From Octopus vulgaris (lineage: Eukaryota): 64,000 nucleotides of DNA. The stretch covers positions 97,526,001 to 97,590,000 of the forward strand of contig OX597820.1 of NCBI GenBank assembly GCA_951406725.2, read 5' to 3'. Positions 28,511 through 42,472 of this stretch are shown here, one piece after another. The notes under the pieces were generated by a model that saw only the letters and a program-made list of their open reading frames with translations, was not told the DNA's origin and did not search any database. The position numbers and the translations under genes were made by a program. Position 1 is the stretch's first letter, and the number at the start of each line of letters is the position of its first letter.

Positions 28511-31415
28511 TTAGATGAGGAGGAGGGGAGAGTTGAGACCAAATGGCGTATAAGAGCGAAGAGAGAAGATTAATTCCTGTTCACGGCGCAAACGGGATCC
28601 GGATGGCCTCTGTGTAAGGACAAACCGAACACAGATAGGTGTTGCAAGGAGTGACCGGTGGAGCGGAAATGGCGTGAGACCGGTGTGTCGTTCGCAAGGT
28701 GGATGTCACGAAGGTGTTCCGCGAACCGGTCAGCCAAGCGGCGTCCCGTTTGTCCGATGTACAAGGAATTGCAGAGAGAGCAAGAGATGCAATAGATAAT
28801 ATTGCTGGAGGTGCAGGTGAAGGAGTGGATGATGGGATAGGGTCGATGGTGGGTGCTAGTGAGGCGGGTGGTGTTGGAGAGGTAAGGGCAAGTGCGGCAA
28901 CGTGGGCGGGAGCAGGGGAACGAGCCGGGTTGGGAGGTAGGGTCAGGGAAGGAGCTATGGACCAAAAGGTCTCGAAGGTTGTGGGCTCGTTTGAAAGAGG
29001 GGAGGGGTCGGTTAGGGAAGAGGTGTGAAGTGGACGGGTCGGACTGGAGATGACGGAAAGCTCGAAGAATGGTGCGTTGGAGACGTAGGGTCGTGGGGTG
29101 GTAAGTGAGGGGAAAAGGGAGGCGGGAGACTACAGGGCGGGTTCGGGGAGAGAGAGCAGATACACGGTCCACGGAACGTGCTCTGGCAAGGGCGGTGTGG
29201 ATAGTGGTGAGGGGGTATCCACGTAGGGTGAAGTGGTGAGCCATACGTTGAGACTGAGTCTCAAAGTCATGGTCGTCACTACAGAGCCTACGTAGACGGA
29301 GGAATTGGGAATAGGGGATGGAAAGCTTGGTGTGTTCTGGGTGGGAGGAAGAGAAGTTGAGGTATGAGTGTGAGTCTGTGTGTTTGTAGTGAATGGAGGT
29401 GGTAAGAGTGGAGTGAAGAATGCTAACCGAAATGTCGAGGAAGGAGACAGAGGTGTTGGAGATAGTGGAAGTGAAGTGGAGGGCTGGATGGAAAGATTGG
29501 ACGAAAGAGAGGAAGGAATCTAGATGTTCGCGGGAGAGTGAGGTGGCACCGATAATGTCGTCAATGTAACGACCATATAGTTCAGGAGTGGGACCAGTGA
29601 AATTAGAGAATATTTGGGCCTCAACATAGCCAACGAACAGGTTCGCATAGTTGGGGCCCATTCGCGTTCCCATGGCCACTCCCGAGACCTGATGGTAGAA
29701 CTCGCCCGCGAACGAGAAGCAGTTCAGAGTAAGGACAAGTTCGGCCAGACGAATGAGTGTGGAGGTGTCAGGTACAGGGTTAGAGCGGAGGTCAAGAAAG
29801 TGTCGAAGGGCCTGCAGTCCTTCGTGGTGAGGGATAACAGTATAGAGGCTTTGGATGTCCATAGTAAAAAGGATTTTGGAGGAGCCGGGAGGAAAGGAGA
29901 AAGAGTTGAAAAGCCGGAGAGCATGGTTGGTATCGTGGATGTGGGAGGGAAGAGATGCCACTAGGGGGGCAAGGACACGGTCGAGGTATTTAGAGATGAG
30001 CTCCGTGGGGCAGTTACAGGCGGAGACGATGGGGCGGCCAGGGTTGTTGGGTTTGTGGATTTTGGGGAGGAAGTAAATGGTGGGGGTACGTGGGGTTCGC
30101 ACAATTAGGTTGGATGCGGTGCGGGGGAGACGGGAGGACGAGATGAGGTCTTGGACAGTAGAGGATACCGTCTGTTGGTAGCTACGTGTGGGGTTAGAGG
30201 GCAGAGGGGAATAGAAGGAGGTGTCATTGAGTTGGCGGAAAGCCTCGGCCCTATAGAGGTCCGCGCGCCACACCACTACAGCTCCACCCTTGTCAGCCGG
30301 TTTGATGATAATGTCAGCGCGCCGTTGGAGGGAACGAAGAGCCAAGAGCTCAGCCGGGGAGATGTTGAGGCGGCGTTGGCGCCTGGAGAAGTTGAACCGA
30401 TCCAATGCACGCTGACAAGCGCCCGCGAAAAGATCCACTGCTAGGATCTGGCCAGGGGCAGGCGTCCACGGGGATGGTCGGCGGCCCAGGCCAGTGAAGC
30501 AGTCCTCTTCGTTGGGTGTGGGTGGCGAGTCGTGGTAATGCGCACCCAACCGGACACGGCGCACAAAGCTGTGGACATCAACTCGCGTCTGGAATTCCTT
30601 ACAGGATGGAGTGAGGGGGATGAAACGCAGACCCCTACCAAGGACGGAGCGTTCAGCCGCAGAGAGGGGAAGATCGGGGGGAATGGTAACAACAGACGGA
30701 AGTGGAGAAGGGGTGGGTGGAATAGAAGTAGGAGGGGTGGTAGGTCTCGTGGAGGTCTGAGGGGGAGGGATTGGGGAGGTGTGTGGGGGTGGTTGGGCGG
30801 GGCAGTAGGGTTAGGTGTAGGTGGATGGAGCCTAACGGGAGGGGAGAAGGGGTTGTAGGGAGGGGCAGTGGGGTTAGGTGTGGGTGGATGGAGCCTATCG
30901 GGAGGGGAGAAGGGTGGTGGAGGAGTTGGGGTAGTGGCGTCGGGTAGGGTGGAATGGAAGAGTGATTGGAGTTTACGAAGTTTGGTATCAGAAAGAAATT
31001 GATGGAAGAGTTGATTCAAATGGATAATGAAGCGTAGCGTGTTTGGAGCATAGAGAGGCGGCAGAGAGGAGAAGAAGGTGGAGAAAGCAGGAGGAAGAAG
31101 GCGGTTGATGGCATGTAGTTTGGAGAGATTGGAGCGAATGGTGGCCCGCATAAGGCGGTAAGATGTGGTGCGGAGTATGGGTAAGATGGAAGAATCCGAG
31201 TGGAGAGCAGGGTGGAAGTGGAGGCGGAAACCTTTAGGGATGAGTCGGTGATGTAGGCAGCGGCTTAGGAAAGAGACATGGCTAGAGAAGCGGGTTTTTT
31301 TAAAAAGAAGTAGAGAGAGATTAACGGACGGCTGAAGGCAATATACAGGAAGAGAACGGAGATGATCCTTCAAACGGTGATGGAGGGTGAGGAGGTAGGA
31401 CCTAGAATCCGGCAT
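28511..31415 (-). pseudogene. PLE polyprotein (N-terminal domain, RT, Zn-finger linker, GIY-YIG endonuclease), about 968 aa if two 1-bp frameshifts are repaired
   Basis: HVSFLSRC..LIPKG; ERSVLGRGLRFIP; ADKGG; GVAMGTRMGPNYANLF; YGRYIDD; CSRPRCRTC; IIYCISC..YIGQTGRRLADRFAEH. The shifted C-terminus RLRREQELIFSLRSYTPFGLN ends at TAA 28511. Confidence 0.88.
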
Positions 31416-31865
31416 GATGGGATAGCGGAAAAAAAACGTTCGAAAAAACAAAAAAAACAAAAAAAAAATTATCGTATGAAAAAAATAGAAAAAAAGGATA
31501 GCGAAAAAAGGGGAAAAAACAAACGTTCAAAAAAGCAAAAAAATAATAATCGTATGAAAAAACTAGATAAGTAAGCGATAGGGGCAGAAAAGACGGGGCA
31601 AACGGAAAAGGGAAAGAAAGAAGGGAAGCAGAGAGAGGGGGAGGCAAAAAAGGGGGGTGCAGGCAGAGGAAACGGAGTATGGACATCCAGAGAGGGAAGA
31701 AAGACGGAAAGGAGAACAAAAATTCAGGAAAATGTGGAAAGCATGAAATGAATGTAAAAAAAGTGGTAATATAAGAGAAAATAAAAATACAACAAACGGG
31801 ACAGTTTATGCGAACAAGTTCAAGGTTGAAAGTTCAAGGTGAGAAATATATATATGTATACATAC

Positions 31866-32760
31866 ATGCAAGGTGCATTCCAGAAGTTTTGAGACATTTT
31901 CAGGAGAAATATTTATTAAGTTCAAAGAAGTACAAAACTAATTTCCTTCAAAGTAGACTCATTATCCCAGCCTCCTTCATCTTCTGAAAACGACTTCCCG
32001 TGATGTTCTCCTTCAGCTTAAGGAACAACCAAAAGTCACAAGAAGTAGTCTTGATGCTTATCTCTGTCAAGTATTGAGTTACCACGATTGAATTGTAGAC
32101 GGGTGTGTTGTCCTGTTACAGGTACTACGGATCCGAGTGGAAGAGCTCTGGCCTTTTGTGACGAAATCTCTTCCTGAACTCTGAAACCCTTCACAAAGTA
32201 TTCTTTGTTGACCGTTTCGCCAGAGGGAACACACTGAATGTAGATGATGCCTTTGTTGTTGAAAAAGGAGATTATCACGAGCTCCTCGGTGGACTTGCTT
32301 TGCCTAGCTTCTTGGGTCTAGGGGAACCAGAATTCTTCCATAGGGCACTCTGCTTTTTGGTCACTGGATCATAACTGGTCACCAGAGACTCAAGGTCTCT
32401 TGGATCGAATGTAATGAGCTCAACCGTCTCCCCGCTGTCATCACAACAGTTTTCCTTCTGTTCGTCTCTGAGTACCATTGGAACAAAGCTTGCTCAAATT
32501 TTGTGCACGTTCGGATCTTCATAAATAATTATGAGTACAGTTGTCACACCAACTTCAAGCTATTTTTCTTATCTTTAGAGGCAAACGATTGTCTTCATCT
32601 AGACAATTGCAAATATTTTCAACCAACTTTCATGTTCCGACATACGTCGCCCTCCCAAACCTCTTATCGTCTGTCACCTCCTCTATATCGTCCTTGAATC
32701 TCTGGTACCAGCATAAAAGTTAATCTATAAGCAATGTAGAGCATTTCATAACTTTTTTTG
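31866..32760 (-). mobile_element. decayed mariner transposon
   Basis: YDPVTKKQSALWK..GSPRPKK and MIISFFNNKGII..VPSGETVNKEY remnants. Confidence 0.75.
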
Positions 32761-33099
32761 CAGCATTTTTGCTCACTTTAACTCAAAACTTTATTGCACA
32801 GTGCGCTTCCAAAAGTTCCGAGTGCTTTCTGCTAAATAGCACCCGTGACAAGCAGTCATTGGTAGGGTGCGTTCAAAGTGTTGTTTGTCAATATTTATGT
32901 ATATTTTCTCATTCTCTTTGTAATTTACAGTTAATTTTCACCGGCCATCTGCTTGATGGAACAGTTATGAAGGAAAGCCTCTTTTGTTCACCTTCCTTTA
33001 AATCTCAAGATAGACTTGCAGATTTGTATTGTCCCAGATATCGTGATTATTAGTAGCGTTTGAATTAAGGAGTTGCATTATCTCGCCTAATAACCAAAG

Positions 33100-33510
33100 T
33101 TCAGTCATGCTTTGTTGCTGGTGGATTGACACATATCTTGTTGATCCAATATAATAAGAGTGAAACTGAAAGTGTACCTTGTGTATTGGATTTGTACACA
33201 CCTTATCAATGGCCCATAGGCGTTTTCTTTCTCTTGTATTTTTCTAACGGCATTGGTGTCCAGAAGACATCTAATTTCCACGATAGAGCATATTTTGCTT
33301 CGTCGTCACACTGAAGAATATCTGGTCAGTTGTATTTTAACTTGGTGTTTATTTTAATTTTCAAGTTCTATCAAAAATCTTTGGATCCATCGGTCTCAGT
33401 ATAGTCAACTTCGTCTGCAGGTATTTCTTGTCTGCTATCCTGTTCCAGACTATTCTGGTCAGTGTAATCTTCCTTTTCCTTCTCAGGCAATGCATGCCGA
33501 CGTCGACTTA
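33100..33510 (-). mobile_element. R4/Dong-type (restriction-like endonuclease) LINE fragment
   Basis: PDIL..D...KYAL/VEIRC..DTN..RKIQEKENAYGPLIR. Homologous to 44130-44430. Confidence 0.65.
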
Positions 33511-34094
33511 AATGTTACTGATGTTAGAGTACAGCAAAGAAACAAACACATGTAATAATATTTCTAATAATTACAACAATATTTCAACAAGGAGTGTTGA
33601 TAGAAGATTACAATAAAAATCTCTGTCAAATGCAAACGCAACAAACTTAACATAATTGCTTGAGATAGAAAGCAAAAAATCTATGTTGATGGTATAATCT
33701 GCTAATGGGTTGAGAAAATTCAATTGAAAGCACTGAGAAGAGAACATATGTGGACAAATATTTCGAAACAATGTTTGCTTGTCCATATAAATATATACTA
33801 ACTTTGATTGACGCATTTGGTTTTACTACTAAGTGTCCTGGTCATTGATATGGTTTCATTGCGTCCACTTGAGTTGCAGCAGAAATGAGTAAGCGACCAG
33901 ATCGTAGAGTGTGCGTCGAAAATTTTGATATCATGTAGGCGCAGGCATGGCTGTGTGGTAAGAAGCTTGCTTCCCAACCTCATGGTTCCGGGCTCAGTCC
34001 CACTTCATGACACCCTTGGCAAATGTCTTCTACAATAGTCTCAGGCAGACCAAAGCCTTGTAATTTGCTGAACAGAAACCGAAAGAAGCCCGTC

Positions 34095-34149
<55 letters not shown>

Positions 34150-34158
<9 letters not shown>

Positions 34159-34501
34159 GAAAGAAGGTTTGAAAATGCAATTTTAAAAGATGTTTATTTT
34201 CTTTACCGGTTTCACTCTTTGGAAAAAGATTGTCAAAAGTAACATGTAAAAGTTTGGTTGCATTAATTATTGGTTGTTACAAAATGCTACATTACATATA
34301 TACATTACATTACAATATATATGTAATGTAGCATTTTGTAACAACCAATAATTAACGCAACCAAACTTTTGCATGTTACTTTTGACAATCTTTTTCCAAA
34401 GACTGAAACCGGTAAAGTAAATAAACATCTTTTAAAATTGCATTTTCAAACCTTCTTTCGTATATAATTCCACTCGTGCGATACCCTACAACTCCACTTT
34501 G

Positions 34502-34503
<2 letters not shown>
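34150..34503 (+). mobile_element. fold-back HHR element in (TA)n: about 150-bp arms 34150-34302 / 34315-34466, plus short tail
   Basis: Near-perfect inverted repeat, flanked on both sides by (TA)n. Confidence 0.85.
34376..34420 (+). ncRNA. hammerhead ribozyme with compensatory U3-A8 core
   Basis: UUACUU-UUGACAA-UCUUU/UUCC/AAAGA-CU-GAAA-CCGGU-A-AAGUAA. 6-bp stem I, palindromic ACCGGU stem III, GUA cleavage triplet. Confidence 0.7.
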
Positions 34504-34534
<31 letters not shown>

Positions 34535-34804
34535 TAGATAAGAAAGAAAAGAAAAGAAATATAAAAGTTACAGAATGTTTGTATAATAAAATTTATGGGA
34601 CGCCCATTCATATTCAGACCTGAGTCATGAGATGTCCGACATGACTCTTATGGAGAAAGTTTTCATACCTTGGCAATTGCTTTATCGTTCATTTTCATTT
34701 TCTATTAGATTTATTTATCTTATTCAATTGTGGAATTTCAACATATACAAAAAAGTTATATATGTATGCCAACCACGGCTTTTAGCTATAAATTACTGTT
34801 CACA

Positions 34805-34886
<82 letters not shown>

Positions 34887-34890
<4 letters not shown>

Positions 34891-35190
34891 AATAAATCCA
34901 GACTTACAGGGAAAAATCAGATTTAGGATTGAATCCAATTTTATAGTAAAATATTATATTATATTAAATTAGAGATAAAACCACTATTAGGCAAATTATA
35001 CAATGAAAAACTTAAGCCAATACAGAAGATTAATTAATTTATATTATTTTAAATATATATCAAAATTATTAAAAAATTATCTTTTTTTAATAATTTTGAT
35101 ATATATTTAAAATAATATAAATTAATTAATCTTCTGTATTGGCTTAAGTTTTTCATTGTATAATTTGCCTAATAGTGGTTTTATCTCTAA

Positions 35191-35200
<10 letters not shown>
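34887..35200 (-). mobile_element. fold-back element in (TA)n: about 115-bp arms 34958-35075 / 35085-35200
   Basis: Near-perfect AT-rich inverted repeat with an unpaired tail at 34887-34957. Confidence 0.8.
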
Positions 35201-35229
<29 letters not shown>

Positions 35230-35695
35230 TATTTTGCAAGAGAGAAAATGAGATGTTAGAGCTTAAAATATATGCGTATACACTCATTCACACATTACTG
35301 CTTAATCTTTAAAATCTAGTACGCTAATATAATTAACTGTATAAAATGAAATAACTCCTGTGACTGTATGCTTGCCAAAAACGCTGAAGAGCTTCATGTA
35401 AAAATAAGAGTTGCTCCTCTTGATATATTGCTTCATCGCTGTTTATTTTTTTTTTTCAAAGATGGCGTCCTATTGACACCAAAAAGTTTTCTCTCTATAT
35501 AAATTGACAATCGTTGATTGTGAAACCGGTACTTATTTAATTTGGAATGATGTAATGATGTAATATGTTCCTAATATCACCATAAATTTTATTATACAAA
35601 CTTTCTGTGACTTTTAGATTTCTTTTCTTTCCTTTCTTATATACCTATCCCACGTGTATACAGAACTTTCCATTTTTCACTATATGTAATGTATG

Positions 35696-35768
<73 letters not shown>

Positions 35769-36503
35769 CTGTGCGTGTGTGTCTTTGTGCCTGTGTTTGT
35801 TCCACACCACCGCTTGACAACCTGTGTTGGTGTGTTTAGTTCCCCGTAACATAGTGGTTCGGCGAAAGTAATCGATAGAATAAATACCATGCTTAAAATA
35901 TAAATAAGTTTTGGGGTCGATTTGTTCGACTAAAACCCTTTCAAGGCGGTGCCCCAGTACGGCCGCAGTCAAATAAATGATTGAAACAAGTTAAAGAATA
36001 GTAGAATAAAAGAATACACATGCAGATGTACATATCGTTGACGTCTTATGAATTTAGAAAGTTCGAGAAAACTTGAAATAGTTATTTTGGGATCGGTGAA
36101 ACTCAAAGCAGATGAGGGCATCCCTCGACGTTTTGTATTCAAAGGTTTTTTTTAACCTTATATTTAGGCACTGTTATTTATAGTTTTATCTGCTTCGAGC
36201 TTCACCGTCCCAAAAAGGAATATATAGACGCATATGCACAATTTGTCATGCTATAATAACAATTTTATATTAAATAGATTTATTCAACATATTTGGTAGA
36301 GTATAAACAAGAAGCTTATTGTCAGTGACAGTTCTTGTCAATACTCTCTGTGTGTGTATATATATGTATGTATATATATATGTACATGTGTGCATGCATG
36401 TATGTATGTATGTATGTATGCATGTATGTGTATGTATGTATGTATATCTATTTATCTGTATGTGTATGTATGTATATCTATTTATCTATGTATTAAGACA
36501 TAT

Positions 36504-36737
36504 TTTTTTTCTTTACTACCCACAAGGGGCTAAACACAGAGGGGACAAACAAGGACAGACAAAGGGATTAAGTCGATTACATCGACCCCAGTGCGTAACT
36601 GGTACTTAATTTATCGACCCCGAAAGAATGAAAGGCAAAGTCGACCTCGGCGGAATTTGAACTTAGAACGTAACGGCAGACGAAATACCGCTACGCATTT
36701 CGCCCGGCGCGCTAACGTTTCTGCCAACTCGCCGCCA
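36504..36737 (-). mobile_element. SINE family B with 17-bp target-site duplication
   Basis: tatgtattaagacatat at 36487-36503 and 36738-36754. Confidence 0.9.
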
Positions 36738-37093
36738 TATGTATTAAGACATATGTATGCAGATATGTTTCAAGGAGGCACGTCGTCCCTAGTTCTGTCT
36801 GTCTATATGCATACATACAGACCCTAAGCTAAATGTTGAGTCTGCTATAGGCAGGAGGACATGCCACTGATGTCTTCTAGGGCTGAAAAATGTAAACGCG
36901 GGAAAAAAATTACGAGACATCGTCTAAAAATGAAACATTTGTCAAGAACATGCATAATTACGACAGCTGCACAAACACACTTCTTTATTTATTAGCATAC
37001 ACACGCGCACACACACAGACACACATCTCCCCGTACATGCATTAACACATGCACACACATGTACACATAAACACACACACATATACAGATAAA

Positions 37094-37130
<37 letters not shown>

Positions 37131-37213
37131 GTATTTATGTATAAGTGTATATGTATATATATATATATATATATGTGTATATATATGTATACGTTTGTTT
37201 GTTTATGTATATG

Positions 37214-37269
<56 letters not shown>

Positions 37270-37400
37270 ATGTATATATATACATACATACATACACACA
37301 CACATGCATTCTCAAACACGCGCGTAGACATTTGTCAGGACCGTGTATAGTAACAGCAGCTGCACAAATACTGTATTAACATACACGCACGCACACACAC

Positions 37401-37435
<35 letters not shown>

Positions 37436-38256
37436 TAAATACATACATATATACACATTGTTTTCCTTTTTCTGTCTCTCTTTTTTTTTTGTTGTTTTTT
37501 TGTTCATTCTTTCTTTCTGTCCTTTTTCTGTTTCTTGCCCCGTTTTCTTATTTTCTCCCTTTTACACTTCATTCGGCTTACACTTATTCTTTAAACTTTT
37601 TTTCTTTCGTCTGCTTCTTTCATTAAATAATTTCTTTCCGTGCTTTTCACTTCTTTTATTCATTCTCTTTCCTTTATTTTCGTTCTTCCTTATCTTTCTC
37701 GTTCATCTTTTTATCCATTGTCTCTTTTTCCTTCGGTATGTTTTTTTCTGTAACATGCATAATTCTATTTTTATGTTCATCATTGATTCCCTTCACTAGA
37801 ATACGATATTAAGCCATATTTCTGAAAGAACAGTTAAAATGAAAAAGAGAGGCGGAAACAGGGCAAAAAGATATTGTGAAAGAAAAAGTAAAAAGAAACC
37901 TGAATGAATTTTCAAGGAAAGAAGATTAGATAGAAAATATTCAAATATTGGGAAAAGATGAGGAAACTAGAAATTAGAGCAAACGTAACTGAACAGAAAT
38001 CTATCTATCTGTCTGTCTGTCTGTTTGTTTGTTTGTCTGTCTGTCTGTGTCTCTCTCTGAATGAGAGAAAAAAATTAAAAAATGGTTGAAAATAGCCTAA
38101 ATTTTATACAGATATATTTAGTTGTTTGAGTAAAGAAAGCTTTATATGGATATGAAAGTAAAAATACAAAATTATGTTTTCACATAACAAAAAACTGCTA
38201 TATAACTGCCTTACTGTAAAAGTATTAGTGCCTTTAACAAAATGAGTTTTACACAC

Positions 38257-38308
<52 letters not shown>

Positions 38309-38479
38309 GAGAGAGAGAGAGATCACATAGTGAAAAGTTATATAGAAAGATTTTTTACTGAATAAATTTTAGTGCAAGTTGTAGCTCAAAAGGCTTTTTC
38401 AGTAGAAAAAAACTCAGTCTATTGATTGGGTCCGCAACTATACAACTACACAAAGAAGATTGACTTAGAGAGACAGGTG

Positions 38480-39100
38480 AGCCCTTAGGAGAGCTCACCT
38501 GAGCTAAGGAGATGTCAGAAAAATCCAGTTCATTTTGAGATAGAGTGATTTTCTCAGATGAATCCAGATTTGCATTATTTTCAGGTTTGGCTTTGGAGGC
38601 TTTCCAATCAAGAATTTGATTTGAAACAACTCCAACCAACTGTGAAACACGGTGGTATCTCAGTAATGGTATGGGGAGCTCTCACCAGCAATGGTCGTTC
38701 TGAGCTGATCGAATGTGTTGGAACTATAAACTCTGAAAAATACATCGAAATACTTAAGCAAGGACTACTTCCGATAACTTAACGATAAATGAGTTTTATT
38801 CATGGAATATGGGGCTCCATGCCAGACAGTGAAAAGGAATCAACAATGGTTGACTGAAATGGGATCAAAAAGCTTTCTTGGCCGAGCCAAACTCCTGACA
38901 TGAACCCAATTGAAAATCTTTGGAGCATACTAGATAGAACTATACGAAAATCTCGACAGAAACCTAAATCTAAAGATGAATTGTGTCGATTGTTGCGTGA
39001 AAAGTGGGCAGAAATTCCACAAGAGACAATCACAAAGCTCATCAGTTCAATGCCAAAAATGGCTTCTGAGTTTCTTTGCCAAAAACTGCAAAGAGAATGT
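38480..39100 (+). mobile_element. decayed Tc1-like transposase
   Basis: [22 protein letters not shown] and WPSQTPDMNPIENLW motifs. Confidence 0.85.
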
Positions 39101-39162
39101 CAACTAAATACTAAAGTATGTAGTCCTACCTATCGATTGCATTTCAGTTGTTCTCTTTGCGT

Positions 39163-39208
<46 letters not shown>

Positions 39209-39384
39209 TATATATATCTATATCTAAGTATATATATATGTGTATGTCTATATATGTGTATATATATATGTATATATATATGTATATATATAAATATATA
39301 TATATATGCATATATATATATGTAAGTATACATATTTGTATATATATGTATATATAATGTATATATAATGTATATATATATATG

Positions 39385-39415
<31 letters not shown>

Positions 39416-39583
39416 GTTCAAACACACCCTGACTTATTCATATATATATAATTACGTACACAAAGACATAAATATATGTTTAAGTATCTCCCCACTACTT
39501 TTCCTTTCTTTACACGCAATCACCCCCACCCCACGGGCGCACAAACTTAGACACACACACATATATGCAGAGAGTGTGTCTGT

Positions 39584-39618
<35 letters not shown>

Positions 39619-40157
39619 GGGGGGGGAGAGAGAAAGAAAGGTGGTGGGGAGACAGAGAGAAAAGAAGGCGCGAGAAATAGTGAGAAATATATATTCATAT
39701 TTTCACATGTATTGAATACTTATATATGTGTGTATATATGCTTGTGTTTATTTTAGTGTAAATGGGTTTTATGTACGTGTGCGTATCTTTGTTTACATAG
39801 CGTTGCAATTTGCGAACTATGATACGGTGATGCAGTGGTTTGCATTACAATTAACTTATGTTGGAAGGTGTAGCCACACGTATGATTCTCTAATTAACAC
39901 AGTTTGATATTGACCCTGGTTTTACGGTGACACGAGAGATGAGGATGTAATGCAATATAAATTGTTTTTATGTACAGACTTTCTGCTTTTATTGTTTTCA
40001 TATGGTGACATTTACACTGCTGTCTAACGGTTGCTTAAACACAAGCCGACGATTCTTACATTCATATACTTTATACAAAAAGAACACGTACAACCTACGC
40101 CTCCAGTTCAGACGCATATGTATCCATGAACTCCCCACCACCACCACCACATGTCTA

Positions 40158-40369
40158 TACGCAGAGGTGTTGAAAAGTTCCTGGTTTTGGGTAAAAGAAA
40201 ATACAGGCGGATCAGTTAATTATGATTTTATTCAACATATTCCCCTCTCAGATTCACGCATTTATTGCAACGGTCCCCCAAATTTTCTAGGCCCTGTAAA
40301 AGAACTTCGAAAGTTGGGCCTCCAGCCAGGCATTTCGCGATAGCCTTGAAGCCAGGAACTGTTCAACGC

Positions 40370-40375
<6 letters not shown>
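40158..40375 (+). mobile_element. mariner-derived MITE, about 220 bp
   Basis: About 30-bp TIRs (tacgagg.gtg.tgaaaagttcctgg / ccaggaact.ttca.cacccctcgta consensus). Other copies at 50410-50525, 52843-53064, 61692-61890 and 62421-62604. Confidence 0.75.
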
Positions 40376-40429
<54 letters not shown>

Positions 40430-40594
40430 CGTATATTTGCTGCCATTTGAATATGGCTAACCCCTAAGGGTGGATGCTACTGTAGTTTGTAGCGCCAGGA
40501 GGACACCTCTTCCAGCTAGCTATAGACACACTTTCTGTGCCCTATCAGTATTTGCGAAGAGAAACCATCCTTCCCGTCTTCAACTTATGATACA

Positions 40595-40624
40595 CACGGA
40601 CTCGAGTTTCAGGGTATTGACCCG

Positions 40625-40628
<4 letters not shown>
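40595..40628 (-). ncRNA. hammerhead motif truncated within its core by the (TA)n junction
   Basis: Minus strand (TA)n-AUGA-C-GGGU/CAAU/ACCC-U-GAAAC-UCGA-GUC-CGUG. Lies in a roughly 200-bp insert (40425-40628) between TA tracts. Confidence 0.65.
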
Positions 40629-40671
<43 letters not shown>

Positions 40672-40919
40672 TAATTGAGGGTAGCGAAGAGGCATCACCA
40701 TGGCAGAAATAGCAGTAAGAACCCACTCTAAAATCATATCATGTATTCATATAATATATCAAGAGGCCATGGTGGCAACTTGATATGATCGCTATGTTAA
40801 ATAATGGCCTTATCCTCTTTCTGTATACACACACACACACACACATACATATACATATGTACACTCTCTCACACATGCTTATATGTGTAAATTTATTCAT
40901 GCATATATATATGAATGTG

Positions 40920-40981
<62 letters not shown>

Positions 40982-41215
40982 AGAGATAAAGAAATAATGT
41001 ATTCTCATTCTCAAACGCAGGAATGCTGATAGAACTGCAGGAATAGGATAAATTATGCGCTTGAGAATAAATTATTTCCTTATCTGTGTCTTACAATACA
41101 TCTCAAACCTTCTAAAAGCAAACATTTGTTGTTTACATTTATCATAATTTTAATTTAACCTACAGCGTCACATATATATATGTATGTATATGTATATACA
41201 TATATATACATACAT

Positions 41216-41253
<38 letters not shown>

Positions 41254-42180
41254 ATGTGTATATGTAATATATAATATAATACAAGCGGGATCCGTGAATA
41301 TTTCACGGAATTAATGAGAAACCTATTGGGTTATTTCTGAAAACTTTATCTAAAATCCTGAAAGGGTAGCCTGGGTTATGTCTGTATGGAAAGACAGTTC
41401 CTCATCTGTTACTCCTTGAAAAGTGAAAGAAATTGGAATACGATGATTACTGAATGCACTTTATATATACACTTTTATTATGCACAATTTATAGACTTAA
41501 AAATAAACTCATAAAATAGACTCATAAAATAAATATTCTCTCCTATTCTTCCATTTTCCCCATAAACAAACAAACAAAAAATCCCGTGCATATGATACAA
41601 CTTTTAGTTAAATTGCATATATCTGCCACGTGAATAAGTATGAATACTTCATGGAATTGCTCTTATGCGCATGCGTTAAGTGATATATGATATAAAAAAA
41701 AATTAATTCACTTAAGAAAAACACTTTTCACTATCCAATTACCACCACCATCATCATGATCTAACTCTCCCCCTCTCTCTCCCTCCCCTCTCTCTCGCCC
41801 TCTCTCTCTCTCCCTTCTCATTCTCTCTTCTCTTTCTCCCCTTTCTCTGCCTTTCTTTAAACTCACCATCAGAACAACATCAGTCTTCGGCTAAAATTAT
41901 TACGTTTCCCCTACCTCACGTTATGGACGCTTCTCTCTCCCTCTTTTTCTCTCTCCATCTTTTTTCTCTGTTTTTTTTCTTTCTCCCTCTTTTCTTTCCC
42001 TCTTTTTCTCTAACCATATGAAAACGTTACCGACGGGCTAAGTAACTCAATGACAAGCAGAATTATTATAAGGTAATATATGATATGATATATAATATAA
42101 TATATATTATGATATAATATAATGTATGTATTATAATATAATATAATATAATATAATATAATATAATATAATATAATATA

Positions 42181-42261
<81 letters not shown>

Positions 42262-42430
42262 CAAATACATATATACATATATGTAGATGTATGTATATTA
42301 ACACAGGCATACATGATTCTTTCAACTATAGGCACAGCAGCATAAATTTTGGGCGAGGGGATAGTGGATAACCTTGACCCCAGTGCTTGAGAGATACTTA
42401 TTTATCGACATATGTATATACAAATATACA

Positions 42431-42469
<39 letters not shown>

Positions 42470-42472
<3 letters not shown>

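Larger units (their letters stand above)
27539..31846 (-). mobile_element. Penelope-like retroelement (Neptune-type), near full length
   Basis: RT plus GIY-YIG ORF, Cys-rich linker, HHR in the 3' region. Both ends abut TA repeats. Confidence 0.93.

Noticed and set aside
30441-30810. Programmed -1 frameshift or two-ORF organisation in the PLE
   Set aside because: No canonical slippery heptamer seen. PLEs typically have one ORF, and a second 1-bp lesion exists at about 28597, so indels are more likely.
32998-33201. YYIGST read as a GIY-YIG motif
   Set aside because: It follows directly from the R4/Dong-type endonuclease fragment and fits the IIGxxG segment of that domain better.
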